Assembly (NCBI GenBank): GCA_043754535.1
Contig: JAYUUN010000120.1
Span: 1-64,000 of the forward strand
Reading direction: 5' to 3'
Origin: Chloroflexota bacterium
GTDB lineage: Bacteria > Chloroflexota > Chloroflexia > QHBQ01
Length of the DNA: 64,000 bases
The translations under genes were made by a program, and so were the position numbers. The notes below the pieces were generated by a model, which was given only the letters and a program-made list of their open reading frames with translations, searched no databases and was not told where the DNA came from. Below are positions 22,751 to 32,270 of this stretch, in pieces (within the stretch, counting starts at the first letter, position 1; the number at the start of each line of letters is the position of its first letter).

Positions 22751-22855
22751 GTGTCAAAACGGCACTGACAGGCTGGGTCACAGGTTGCCAAGCCCGCCCC
22801 TTTGTGCTAAGATCACATTGTCAGTTTGTCCACCCTGCGTCCAAAGGAGCAACCA

Positions 22856-24352
22856 TTGACATTGCCAGCAAAGAAAAGTGAAGGCAAGGCAGCCAGCCCG
22901 CTCAAGGTTTTGATCGTCGCCGCCGAGGTAGTACCGTTCGCCAAAGTTGGTGGTCTTGCCGATGTAGCCGGGGCGTTGCCACTCGCCTTGCAGAAGCTAG
23001 GGGTAGATGTGCGGGTGGTCATGCCCAAGTATGGCCGCATTGACAATGCCAAGTTCAACCTCCAGCCTGCCGTCCCCCCCTTCAGCGTGCCGATGAACGA
23101 GCAGATGGAGACGGTGGACATCGTGCAGGGAACGATTGGCGACCACATCCCTGTTTATCTTGTGCATAGCGAACGTTATTTCGACCGTGAAGGTATCTAC
23201 AGCTACCAGGATGATGACGAACGCTTCATTCTCTTTTGCCGCGCCGCCGTGGAGATGCTCAAGAAGCTGGATTGGTCGCCCGACGTGATCCACTGCAACG
23301 ACTGGCAGACCGCGATCATCCCCAACTGGATGAAGACCCTCTACCGCGATGACCCCTTCTTTGCAGGCACCGCCACCGTCTACACCATCCACAACCTGGC
23401 CTACCAGGGCATCTTCGGCCAGCGCGTGCTAGAGATCGCGGGCATTGCCGAGAAGGGCTTTGTCTACCCCCAAATACCCGACCTCGCCGGGGTGGTAGAC
23501 CTAATGGGTCGGGGCATCCTCTACGCCGATGTTGTTAGCACGGTCAGCGAGACCTATGCGAAGGAGATACTGACCCCCGAATATGGTGAGAAGCTCGATC
23601 CGCTGCTGCGCGAACGGCAGGATCGCCTCTTTGGCATCCTCAACGGCATTGACACCGAACTGATGGACCCTGCTACCGATAGCTACATCGCCGCCAACTT
23701 TGATGCATTGCACCAGACCGACCGGGCCGCCAACAAGCTCGACCTGCAACGCGACGGTAACCTCACTCCCGACCCTGATGTGCCGGTGATCGGCCTGATT
23801 TCGCGGCTGGCGAACCAGAAGGGCTTCGACATCCTCGCTCCGGTGGTTGATCCGCTGATGAACCTGCTCAACGTGCAACTGGTGCTGCTTGGCACGGGCG
23901 ACCAGTACTATCACGAGATGTTCGGCAAGATCGCCGCCCGCTACCCAGGCAAGGCCGCCGTCTTTCTTACCTTCAACGCCAGCCTTGCGCAGAAGATATA
24001 CGCGGGCAGCGACATCTTCCTCATGCCATCGCGCTTCGAACCGTGCGGCCTGGGCCAACTGATTGCTATGCGCTACGGCTCAATCCCAGTCGTGCGCCAG
24101 ACTGGTGGCCTCGCCGACACCGTGACCGACTTCGACCCGACCAGCGGCGAAGGCAACGGCTTCTCCTTCCAGCCCTACGAGCCAATGGCCCTCTACGCTA
24201 CTATCGTGCGCGCCCTCGAAAACTATCGCTACAAGGACACCTGGCGCAAGCTGATGACCCGCGATATGCAGGCCGACTACTCCTGGGCCACCAGCGCACG
24301 CAAGTACATAGACCTCTACACCAAAGCGGTGGCCTTCAAGAAGGCAAGCTGA
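22856..24352 (+). CDS. glgA: Glycogen synthase (GT5)
   Basis: PFAKVGGLADV, HCNDWQTA, TIHNLAYQG, SRLANQKG and PSRFEPCGL motifs. AAGGAG RBS before TTG 22856. Confidence 0.96.
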   Translation: MTLPAKKSEGKAASPLKVLIVAAEVVPFAKVGGLADVAGALPLALQKLGVDVRVVMPKYGRIDNAKFNLQPAVPPFSVPMNEQMETVDIVQGTIGDHIPVYLVHSERYFDREGIYSYQDDDERFILFCRAAVEMLKKLDWSPDVIHCNDWQTAIIPNWMKTLYRDDPFFAGTATVYTIHNLAYQGIFGQRVLEIAGIAEKGFVYPQIPDLAGVVDLMGRGILYADVVSTVSETYAKEILTPEYGEKLDPLLRERQDRLFGILNGIDTELMDPATDSYIAANFDALHQTDRAANKLDLQRDGNLTPDPDVPVIGLISRLANQKGFDILAPVVDPLMNLLNVQLVLLGTGDQYYHEMFGKIAARYPGKAAVFLTFNASLAQKIYAGSDIFLMPSRFEPCGLGQLIAMRYGSIPVVRQTGGLADTVTDFDPTSGEGNGFSFQPYEPMALYATIVRALENYRYKDTWRKLMTRDMQADYSWATSARKYIDLYTKAVAFKKAS

Positions 24353-24395
24353 AGCACCCAGCTTTGGCGATCAGGTGCTAGGGACAGGAGGGTGT

Positions 24396-25466
24396 ATGGA
24401 AGATAGTATCGTCAACCTGGAGGTGCTAGTTGCGGCCTTGCCCCGTGAGACGCGGGCGATAGCACGGCGCATCTACCAGATCAGCACCACAGTGGGCCAT
24501 ACTGTGCCACCGCCAGAGATGTACGCCTGGATTGAGCGGCAGTTTGGCAGCCTGGGCCGGGTGGAGGAGCAGCATATCGTCAAAGTAACAAACGTGGTTA
24601 CCTTTGAGGGTGCGCTGTTCAACGAGTTGCGGGCCAGCCGCCCAATGGGGGCGCGGACGAGCAGAGATCTGGAGGCACGAATCGTGGCGGGCCGGGCGGA
24701 CGACACCTTCGGTGACCCGCTGACCGGCACCCCCGCCGACGTGTTTGGTCGCCTCAAGGGTCAGCATAGCATCACCGCCAGTAACGTCGCCAAGTACGAC
24801 GGCTTCCACGGCGTGCTGATCTTCGACGAGTACAACCCGCTCGCTTTCACCCGCGAGAGTATTGCAGATGCGCTAGCGACTGCCCAACGTTGGGGAGCAA
24901 TGGCAATGGCTGCCGACGCTCGCGCCCGCTACTTCTTCTTTATGTGGAACTGTCTCTGGAGAAGCGGAGCCAGCATCCTGCATGGTCACACTCAGATGAC
25001 CGTGACCAGCGACTTCCCTTACGCGAAGGTAGAGCAATTGCGCCGCGCTGCCCACCAGTACCGCCAACAGCACGGGCAGAGTTACTTTGCCGACCTTATA
25101 AGCATCCACACTGCCTTGGGGCTGGCTAAGGCTTTGGCAGGGGGGATCACAGCCTTCGCCTCGCTTACCCCAGTCAAGGAGAAGGAGGTCTGGCTGCTCG
25201 GTGCTGCCCTGGACGAGAACATGGCCGCCGCCATCTACCGCGTCCTCAGCGTCTACCGCAGCCTGGGGGTCAGCAGTTTCAACGTAGCAGCCTATCTGCC
25301 CCCCAACCAACTGGTGGATGGTGACACGTGGACAGACTTTCCCGCCATCGTCCGCCTGGTAGACCGGGGCGATCCGCTCAACCAGACTGCCGACATCGGC
25401 GCAATGGAACTGTTCGCCCAGAGCGTAGTCTCCTCTGACCCCTTCAAGCTAGCCACTCGGCTTTGA
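24396..25466 (+). CDS. GalT/HIT-superfamily nucleotidyltransferase-like protein
   Basis: WNCLWRSGASILHGHTQ matches the GalT N...GAS..HxHxQ signature. AGGAGG RBS. Confidence 0.65.
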   Translation: MEDSIVNLEVLVAALPRETRAIARRIYQISTTVGHTVPPPEMYAWIERQFGSLGRVEEQHIVKVTNVVTFEGALFNELRASRPMGARTSRDLEARIVAGRADDTFGDPLTGTPADVFGRLKGQHSITASNVAKYDGFHGVLIFDEYNPLAFTRESIADALATAQRWGAMAMAADARARYFFFMWNCLWRSGASILHGHTQMTVTSDFPYAKVEQLRRAAHQYRQQHGQSYFADLISIHTALGLAKALAGGITAFASLTPVKEKEVWLLGAALDENMAAAIYRVLSVYRSLGVSSFNVAAYLPPNQLVDGDTWTDFPAIVRLVDRGDPLNQTADIGAMELFAQSVVSSDPFKLATRL

Positions 25467-25507
25467 AGTGACCAGCGAAAGAGCAGCCCACTTTGCGCCA
25501 CGTCCTG

Positions 25508-25537
25508 TTGACATAATGAGGCAAGCTGCGCTATAAT
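25508..25537 (+). promoter_or_regulatory. Sigma-70-type promoter
   Basis: TTGACA-N18-TATAAT upstream of the SPFH gene. Confidence 0.7.
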
Positions 25538-25603
25538 GATCACAATCTTGGAAAGATACTGGCTGGGTAGAACGGCCAGGGTTGCTTAGAGGGGGTTGAG
25601 GTT

Positions 25604-26575
25604 ATGGACAATCTGCCAGGCTGCCTGGTTGTTTTGCTGATCGCTGTCGTCCTACTTGCGGTCGTCTACTCGGTGCTAAAGAGTATCGTGATCGTCAAGG
25701 AAGGCACGGTAGTGCTGACCGAACTGGACGGACGCTTCTTCCGGATGCTCAAGCCGGGTCGCCATTATATGTTGCCGATGATGGAGACAGTGCGCGGTGA
25801 GGCGATCAAGCTGCACCAGGTTCACTTTGACATCCCCGAAGTGGTACTTAACACACGCAACTTCGCACCCGTCACCTTTGGTATGAGTGTCCACTTCCAG
25901 ATCATGCGCGACCCCAGTAGCCCCTACCTGATCCCCTCCAAAGAGGCTGTTTATCGGGCCATCTATACGGTAGAGGATTGGCAGAAGATAACCCACGAGG
26001 AGGCTTTGGCGGCTGTCACTGAGATCGTAGCCGGTCTGGACTTTAAGGCTAGCATTATCGACTCGGACAACTGGATACACGAGCTATCGGAGCGGGTGCG
26101 TAGCGAACTGAACGACCGGGCCAACCACTGGGGGGTCTATGTGGACGACGTAAACCTGATCAACGTCAAGTTCAGCGATGCCACCCGCGAAATCTCCAGC
26201 TTTGAGGGCAAGGCCAAGCGGCAGGCTCGCCTGCGCGAGATCGAGGCAGAGAGTGAGCGGCAGAACGCCCAAATCCTCGGCCTCAACACCCCGGAGCAAC
26301 TGATCCAGTGGCACTACATCGAGACGATGAAGGAAGTGGTGAAGAACAACCCGCAGGCGCGCATCATCTTTGCCAGCCCAGAGATGATGACTAGCCAGGT
26401 ACACAACGAAGATATGCGGCTACTGGGCGATGGGCAGAGTGGTCAGACGCAGATGTTGCCCGCAGGCGAGAGCTTCCGTGCCGCTAACCAGCCCCGCCCT
26501 ACCCCCGCGCAGGTGGTGGCTGATGATCGCCCCGCTCCTGCCCGCACTGCCCGCAGCCGGGAAGTTGAGGAGTTA
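25604..26575 (+). CDS. SPFH/band-7 domain membrane protein; ends at in-frame TTA 26573-26575
   Basis: N-terminal TM, G.F.R.LKPG.H, WGVYVDDVNL and a coiled region. The TTA lies 4 nt before the next gene's start. Confidence 0.8.
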
Positions 26576-26579
26576 GGCC

Positions 26580-26948
26580 TTGCCCCTTGCAGGCTTCTGG
26601 GAGGCAGTGCGGGGGCTGGTGCGACAGGTACCGCCGGGCAAGGTCGCTAGCTACGGTCAGATCGCTGCCTACCTCGGCTACCCGCGCCACGCCCGCGTGG
26701 TCGGTTGGGTGCTGCACGACTTGCCTGCTGGCACAGATGTACCCTGGCAGCGGATCATCAATGCAGCGGGCCGCATCTCTACCTCTTGCGAAACGCACTC
26801 TGCGGACTTGCAGCGGCTGTTGCTTAAAGAAGAAGGCGTAGAGTTTGATCAGCGTGGCTACATAGACCTGGGCCGCTTCCGTTGGGAAGGGCCACCTATC
26901 TTTCCACCCGCCGCAGCCGCTGACGATGAGACAACAAAAACCTCCTGA
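26580..26948 (+). CDS. Alkyltransferase-like protein (ATL, MGMT family)
   Basis: VPPGKVASYGQIA, ARVVGW and PWQRIINAAG (Trp replaces the PCHR Cys). TTG start with GAGGAG RBS. Confidence 0.88.
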   Translation: MPLAGFWEAVRGLVRQVPPGKVASYGQIAAYLGYPRHARVVGWVLHDLPAGTDVPWQRIINAAGRISTSCETHSADLQRLLLKEEGVEFDQRGYIDLGRFRWEGPPIFPPAAAADDETTKTS

Positions 26949-26975
26949 GCCAAACGGTTCAGGAGGTTTCGTTTC
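26936..26975. terminator. Bidirectional terminator between ATL and rplA
   Basis: AAAAACCTCCTGAGCC..GGTTCAGGAGGTTTCGTTT. Confidence 0.75.
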
Positions 26976-26989
26976 AGGGTCGTTGCTGA

Positions 26990-27718
26990 CTAGCTAGATG
27001 CTCCAGTGGAAGCGGCCAGGGTGGGGGTCACGTCCAGCGGAATGCCTGGACCCATCGTGCTGGCAACGGTGATGCTCCGTACGTAGGCACCTTTTGCGCC
27101 AGTTGGCTTTGCCTTGTTGACCGCATCCACGATAGCAAGGATGTTTTCGGTAATCTGGCTGTTGTCAAAGCTGATTTTGCCCACGCCGACGTGGATCAGG
27201 CCAGTCTTGTCGTTGCGAAACTCGATCTTACCACGCCGCACTTCGCCGATCACCCGTGGTAGGTCGCCAGGGGTCTGCACGATGGTGCCGCTCTTGGGCG
27301 AGGGCATTAGACCGCGCCGACCGAGAATCTTGCCCAGCTTACCAACCTTGCCCATCATGTCTGCCGTGGCAACGGCAATATCAAAGTCCAGGAAGTCTTC
27401 CTTCTCGATGCGGGTGATCAACTCGTCGCCACCCACTACGTCGGCTCCAGCTTCGCGGGCGATGCGCTCGCCTTCGCCCTGGGTGAAGACCAGGATACGA
27501 ACCTTCTTGCCGGTGCCATGTGGCAGTACCGCTGTGCCACGCACAAGCTGGTCAGCATGGCGAGGGTCAATGCCGAGGCGCATATGTACTTCAATGGTGC
27601 CATCAAACTTGGTGAACGAGGTCTTCTTCAGCAGTTCAGCCGCTTCCTGAATGGTATAGAGCTTGTCTTCTTCAAGCATCTGGGCGGCAGCGTTATACTT
27701 CTTGCCGTGCTTTGCCAT
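26990..27718 (-). CDS. rplA: 50S ribosomal protein L1
   Basis: [29 protein letters not shown] and STMGPG motifs. Confidence 0.98.
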   Translation of the reverse strand: MAKHGKKYNAAAQMLEEDKLYTIQEAAELLKKTSFTKFDGTIEVHMRLGIDPRHADQLVRGTAVLPHGTGKKVRILVFTQGEGERIAREAGADVVGGDELITRIEKEDFLDFDIAVATADMMGKVGKLGKILGRRGLMPSPKSGTIVQTPGDLPRVIGEVRRGKIEFRNDKTGLIHVGVGKISFDNSQITENILAIVDAVNKAKPTGAKGAYVRSITVASTMGPGIPLDVTPTLAASTGASS

Positions 27719-27730
27719 GGTCTTCTCCTT

Positions 27731-27770
27731 GTGTGGTTATGGTAGCGGGCTGGTTGCCAGCCCTCCCACT
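27731..27770 (-). promoter_or_regulatory. Probable L1 autoregulatory RNA site in front of rplA
   Basis: Minus strand GTGGGAG-GGCTGG-CAA-CCAGCC-CGCTACCATAACCAC just before the RBS, resembling the GUGGGAG..CCGCUA..ACCAC rplA leader of Gram-positive bacteria. Confidence 0.65.
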
Positions 27771-27822
27771 GATGGCGCATACTCTGCGCCAATAATGCTA
27801 ACTTGCTTCGCTGGGAGGCTAG

Positions 27823-28248
27823 TTAGCGGGTAACATCAATACCCATGCTGCGGGCCGTGCCTTCGATGATGCGCTCAGCAGCGTCTACGTCGTAGGCGTT
27901 GAGGTCCTTCATCTTGGTTTCGGCGATCTCCCGCAACTGCTTGCGGCTGATACGGCCTACCTTCTCCAGGTTAGGCTTACCCGAACCATGTTCTACTTTG
28001 GCGGCCTTACGCAGCAGGTCGGCCACCGGCGGCATCTTGGTGATGAAGCTGTATGAGCGATCCTCGTAGATCGTGATTTCGACTGGGATGATCGAACCGA
28101 TGTTGGCGGCAGTGCGCTCGTTGTACTCCTTGACGAAGTTGACGAGGGCAATGCCGTAACCACCGAGGGTGGAGCCGACCGGGGGGGCCGGGGTTGCCTT
28201 GCCAGCGTTCAGTTGCAGCTTGACGACAGCTCTTACTTTCTTAGACAC
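27823..28248 (-). CDS. rplK: 50S ribosomal protein L11
   Basis: [24 protein letters not shown] and GTARSMG motifs. GTG start with AAGGAG RBS. Confidence 0.98.
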   Translation of the reverse strand: MSKKVRAVVKLQLNAGKATPAPPVGSTLGGYGIALVNFVKEYNERTAANIGSIIPVEITIYEDRSYSFITKMPPVADLLRKAAKVEHGSGKPNLEKVGRISRKQLREIAETKMKDLNAYDVDAAERIIEGTARSMGIDVTR

Positions 28249-28360
28249 GTGATATTGCTCCTTTGGCGCATAGGGTGACGCGCCACACGCTTGAGATTTA
28301 ACATGACGTGTGCGGCCCGGTGGACCGCACACTCCCCTTTGTTAGAACGGTTAGAACTGG

Positions 28361-29002
28361 TTACTTGCCTCCGCGCACGGTGTGGGCAGAGCCGCCCTCA
28401 TCACCACTGTAGGGATCGTTGCGCTTGACTTGCAGGAAGTCGAGCGTGGTGGGGGTCTCGCGTCCGAAGATGGAGATCAGCACGCGCACCTGCTGCTTGT
28501 CGGTCATCACTGCGTCAATCGTGCCTTCCATGTCGGCGAAAGGTCCATCAATGACCTTGACCGACATACCGGGGGCGAAGGCAGTCTTCACCTTCGGCGC
28601 AGCCTCGGCCTTGATCGAGTTGAGGATTTTGTCTACCTCTGGTTGCTCCAGCGGCACTGGCTTGTTGCCCATGCCGACAAAGCTGGTCACACCTGGGGTG
28701 TTACGCACCACATACCACGACTCGTCGCTCATCACCATCTCAACCATCACATAGCCAGGGTAGACTTTGCGCTGCACACTACGGCGTTGCCCGTCCTTGA
28801 TCTCTACCTCGTTTTCAGTCGGCACTACCACCTGGAAGATACGGTCGGTCATGTCAAGAGCCTGGATGCGGTGTTCAAGGTTCTTCTTGACCTTGTTTTC
28901 GTAGCCAGAATAGGTGTGGATCACAAACCAGTGCCGCCCAGATTCGGGCCGGTCGTCACCCCTGGGGGGCTGAAAGGTAGATTTGTAAGATTGCGAGTCC
29001 AT
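28361..29002 (-). CDS. nusG: Transcription termination/antitermination factor NusG
   Basis: WFVIHTYSGYENKV, YPGYV, VRNTPGVTSFVG and a KOW domain (DGPF, IFGRETP). Confidence 0.98.
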   Translation of the reverse strand: MDSQSYKSTFQPPRGDDRPESGRHWFVIHTYSGYENKVKKNLEHRIQALDMTDRIFQVVVPTENEVEIKDGQRRSVQRKVYPGYVMVEMVMSDESWYVVRNTPGVTSFVGMGNKPVPLEQPEVDKILNSIKAEAAPKVKTAFAPGMSVKVIDGPFADMEGTIDAVMTDKQQVRVLISIFGRETPTTLDFLQVKRNDPYSGDEGGSAHTVRGGK

Positions 29003-29028
29003 AGCGGGGGGCTTCTTTCGGCGAGGGG

Positions 29029-29307
29029 TTACTTACCGAACTGGCTGATGATCAGGGTGAGACCGCCATCGATCAATGAAAGCACGATGCCGACAGCGGC
29101 AGAAATGCCCATCACCACGATGGTCAGGTTGCGGGTTTCCTGTGGGCTGGGCCAGGTGATCTTCTGAATCTCAGATAGAACATCACGCCAACGGTCGCCA
29201 ATACGCGACCAGACGCTCTTGACTTTCTGCTCTGGCTGCTTGGGCTGATCTGGCTGCCGCTGCTGGCGCACGCTGTTGACAGGTTTTGGTGTGTCCACTG
29301 TAGCCAT
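29029..29307 (-). CDS. secE: Preprotein translocase subunit SecE
   Basis: EIQKITWPS motif plus a single TM. Canonical position between tRNA-Trp and nusG. Confidence 0.92.
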   Translation of the reverse strand: MATVDTPKPVNSVRQQRQPDQPKQPEQKVKSVWSRIGDRWRDVLSEIQKITWPSPQETRNLTIVVMGISAAVGIVLSLIDGGLTLIISQFGK

Positions 29308-29386
29308 CCTCGGTTTATACTCCTTGCTTGAGGTGAAAACGTAGGGGGCAGCAAGGTGCGCCCCCTACGACAACGGATATAGTGCC

Positions 29387-29462
29387 TGGCACGCCTGGAG
29401 GGACTCGAACCCCCAACCTACGGTTTTGGAGACCGCCACTCTGCCAATTGAGCTACAGGCGT
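29387..29462 (-). tRNA. trnW: tRNA-Trp (CCA)
   Basis: Cloverleaf ACGCCTG/CAGGCGT, anticodon loop CT-CCA-AA, GGTTCGAGTCC, encoded CCA end. Confidence 0.96.
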
Positions 29463-29521
29463 ATGTCGGTTTTCGGCTTGCGCTAGACGACCTCATATAA
29501 ACTTGCGTCGGCAACGGATGT

Positions 29522-29550
29522 ATTATAGCATAGGGCTAATTCTTTGTCAA
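29522..29550 (-). promoter_or_regulatory. Consensus promoter of the tRNA-Trp/secE operon
   Basis: TTGACA-N17-TATAAT with extended TG. Confidence 0.85.
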
Positions 29551-29555
29551 ATGCG

Positions 29556-30080
29556 CTAGAGCCGAAAACCAGCGATGAAGTTGGCGATCAAGGCGGCATA
29601 TTCGCGCTTGCGCCCATAGTTGAAGTGGATCAAGAAGTCGGCTAGCGAACAAACCGAATCGCACCAGGGCAGTAGGCCGGGAGTATTCAGCCGCTGAGTG
29701 TCTAGCAGAGCGACCAAGCTGATCGCCCGCTGATAGGCGGCGTAGTCGCTCTGCACTTCAGCCAGGTCGCTGTTATGGTAGTAGTCCACTAGCTCCTGCT
29801 CCAGGTCTGCACCCGCCGCCTCCATCTCTGCGATCATCCCTGCCAACCGCTCGGTGGTCGCCTCGGCTTGCACGCTGAGGATCGCTTCTATAGTAACTTC
29901 CTCGTTGCGGGTCAGGATGATGTAGTAGTCCTTGACCGTCCAAGCCTTACTGACCCCCGCTGTCTCCCAGTTCAACGCCGAGAGACCAGCCACCGCTGCC
30001 GCCAGCAAGTTGCGCCCCTTGGTTAGTAGCAATATCGCATCCACCTGCTTGCCCTCCTCGTCAGCCTTTGGCCGCATCAT
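29556..30080 (-). CDS. Divergent DinB/DfsB-like four-helix protein
   Basis: GVSKAWTVKD motif and helical pattern. The usual His ligands are absent. Confidence 0.5.
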   Translation of the reverse strand: MMRPKADEEGKQVDAILLLTKGRNLLAAAVAGLSALNWETAGVSKAWTVKDYYIILTRNEEVTIEAILSVQAEATTERLAGMIAEMEAAGADLEQELVDYYHNSDLAEVQSDYAAYQRAISLVALLDTQRLNTPGLLPWCDSVCSLADFLIHFNYGRKREYAALIANFIAGFRL

Positions 30081-30163
30081 TGGCTACTACTATAGCACGG
30101 TGGTCAACCAACAGCCCGTTTCTGCCAGTTGGTATCAATAAGGTGGCATTGTTGATACTGTGG

Positions 30164-30192
30164 TTGACACCAGGCTAGCTACTTGCTATACT
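30164..30192 (+). promoter_or_regulatory. Sigma-70-type promoter of the metal ABC genes
   Basis: TTGACA-N17-TATACT with extended TG. Confidence 0.75.
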
Positions 30193-30302
30193 CCCCTTAG
30201 ACAGGCAAGCCACCCGGTGCCGACTTTCTTTTAGCCCCCACCCGATACCGCGTATCATTAGTGGAGGAGCAACCTGAACTGGCTTAGATAGGCAAACTAC
30301 TT

Positions 30303-31139
30303 ATGCTGCAAGATGCTGAACAAGCAAAATCATTCCTCCCTGCGGACTGCGCCCTCTACGTGCGCGGCCTCAATGTGCGCTACGGCGAAAACGTTGCCCT
30401 GCATGATGTCGATCTGGCTATTGGCTGGGGCAAGCTGGTCGGGGTGATCGGGCCAAACGGCGCAGGCAAGTCTACCCTGCTCAAGGCGATCCTCGGTGTG
30501 GTGCCGCACCAGGCTCAGGAGATCAGCATTGCTGGTCGGCGGCAGGCACAGGGGCGCAAGCTGCTGGCCTATGTGCCGCAGCGAGAGGAGGTGCGCTGGG
30601 ATTTCCCAGTGACAGTTGAGGATGTGACCTTGATGGGCAGCTATGGCAGGCTGGGACTGCTGGCCCGACCCTCTGTGCAGGACAGGAAGCTAACTGCTTT
30701 CGCTCTAGAGCAGGTGGGGATGTACGACCTCCGTCGCAGCCAGATCAGCCAGTTGTCGGGCGGCCAACAGCAACGCGTCTTCCTGGCCCGCGCTCTCGTG
30801 CAGCAAGGGCGCATCCTGGTGTTGGATGAGCCGCTCAACGGCGTGGACAGCAGCACCCAGGAGACGATCCTCAACCTGCTGACTGACTTCCGCCAGAGTG
30901 GGGGGACGGTATTGATGGCGACCCACGACCTGGAGACTGCCGCCCGCCTCTGCGACGAGTTGTGTTGCATCAACCGCACAGTGATCGCTTACGGCCCAGC
31001 TGCGGCGGTATTTACCCCAGAGACGCTGGCCCGCACCTACGGCGGCACCCTATTGCACGCTGGGCATCAGGACATAATCATTGGCACTAACGGCCCCCTG
31101 ATGCTGCCAACGAAGCCAGAGGGAGAGCCGCGTGTTTGA
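30303..31139 (+). CDS. Zn/Mn ABC transporter ATP-binding protein (ZnuC-like)
   Basis: GPNGAGKST, YVPQR, FPVTV, LSGGQQQRVFLARAL, LDEP and THDL motifs. Confidence 0.93.
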   Translation: MLQDAEQAKSFLPADCALYVRGLNVRYGENVALHDVDLAIGWGKLVGVIGPNGAGKSTLLKAILGVVPHQAQEISIAGRRQAQGRKLLAYVPQREEVRWDFPVTVEDVTLMGSYGRLGLLARPSVQDRKLTAFALEQVGMYDLRRSQISQLSGGQQQRVFLARALVQQGRILVLDEPLNGVDSSTQETILNLLTDFRQSGGTVLMATHDLETAARLCDELCCINRTVIAYGPAAAVFTPETLARTYGGTLLHAGHQDIIIGTNGPLMLPTKPEGEPRV

Positions 31140-32025
31140 CGCTTTTCAGCAGTGCATAAGCGCAGGCGGGGTGGGCAACTGCCTGAGCAACCCGCTAAAC
31201 TACGCTTTCATGCGGAACGGGCTGATCGAGGTCGCGCTGGTCGGCCTGATCTGCGGGGTGGTGGGCTGCTATGTCGTATTGCGCGGCCTCTCCTTCCTCG
31301 GTGACGCTTTCTCACACGGCATCTTGCCTGGCGTGGTGATCGCCTACATGTTGGGCCAGTCGGTCTTTCTCGGTGGGCTGCTGGCGGCGGTGGTGATTGG
31401 GCTGATCATCAGCCTGCTGACCCAGAGCCAGCGCATCAGCGAGGACACCTCCATCGGCATCTTGTTTGCGGGGTCGTTCGCTCTGGGCATTGTGCTGCTC
31501 AGTAGCCAGCGCAACTACACTTCGAGCCTGACCACGATCCTGATCGGCTACGTGCTGGGAGTCAGCGAAAGCGACATCTACACCACGCTGCTGGCTGGGG
31601 CGGTGGTCTTGGGCATTGTCTTCCTGTTCTACAAGCAATTTCTGATCACCAGCTTCGACCGGGGCATGGCGGCAGCAATGGGCTTCAGGCTAGGGCTGAT
31701 CGACCTGGGGCTGATCGTGCTGATCGCCCTGGCGGTGGTCACCAGCCTGCAAGCCCTGGGCAACATCCTGGTGCTGGCAATGCTGATCACGCCCGCAGCA
31801 ACGGCGCGGCTGCTGACCGACCGCCTGCCGGTGATGATGGGCCTGGCTGGGTTGATCGGGGCGGCAGAGGGGCTGGTTGGTCTCTACTTCAGCTTCTACG
31901 TCAAGATCGCAGCGGGCGGGGCAATAGTTCTGCTAGCAACCCTGGTCTTCTTCATCGTAATCACCCTCTCGCCGAAGCATGGTGTGATCGGCTGGCTGCG
32001 TCAGCGGCAACGACAGGCGAAGTAG
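31132..32025 (+). CDS. Zn/Mn ABC transporter permease (ZnuB-like)
   Basis: GDAFSHGILPG, EDTSIG, SFD and LITPAATAR motifs, multiple TM segments. Confidence 0.92.
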   Translation: MFDAFQQCISAGGVGNCLSNPLNYAFMRNGLIEVALVGLICGVVGCYVVLRGLSFLGDAFSHGILPGVVIAYMLGQSVFLGGLLAAVVIGLIISLLTQSQRISEDTSIGILFAGSFALGIVLLSSQRNYTSSLTTILIGYVLGVSESDIYTTLLAGAVVLGIVFLFYKQFLITSFDRGMAAAMGFRLGLIDLGLIVLIALAVVTSLQALGNILVLAMLITPAATARLLTDRLPVMMGLAGLIGAAEGLVGLYFSFYVKIAAGGAIVLLATLVFFIVITLSPKHGVIGWLRQRQRQAK

Positions 32026-32270
32026 CCAGCGTACTTCGTTAGCTGTGAGCCAGAACTGCTAGGCTGCGGGAGCTATAAGCATCCAATCTGCTGGAAATCA
32101 AACCCAGCCGCACTGATCAACTACCACTCGCTTGTTTGCTGGATATACGCCGCTGCTTGCTGCGAAACGATGAGCAGCACCTGCTAATGGACGCTTTCGC
32201 TAGAGTGTGGTATAATAAGGCCAGACCTGCTGAAAGCGGTCTACCTGGCAGGCTGGCACTTAGGACAAGA

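Noticed and set aside
30195..30302. Metal-sensing riboswitch or Zur box in the ABC transporter leader
   Set aside because: No recognisable yybP-ykoY or Zur/Fur consensus by eye.
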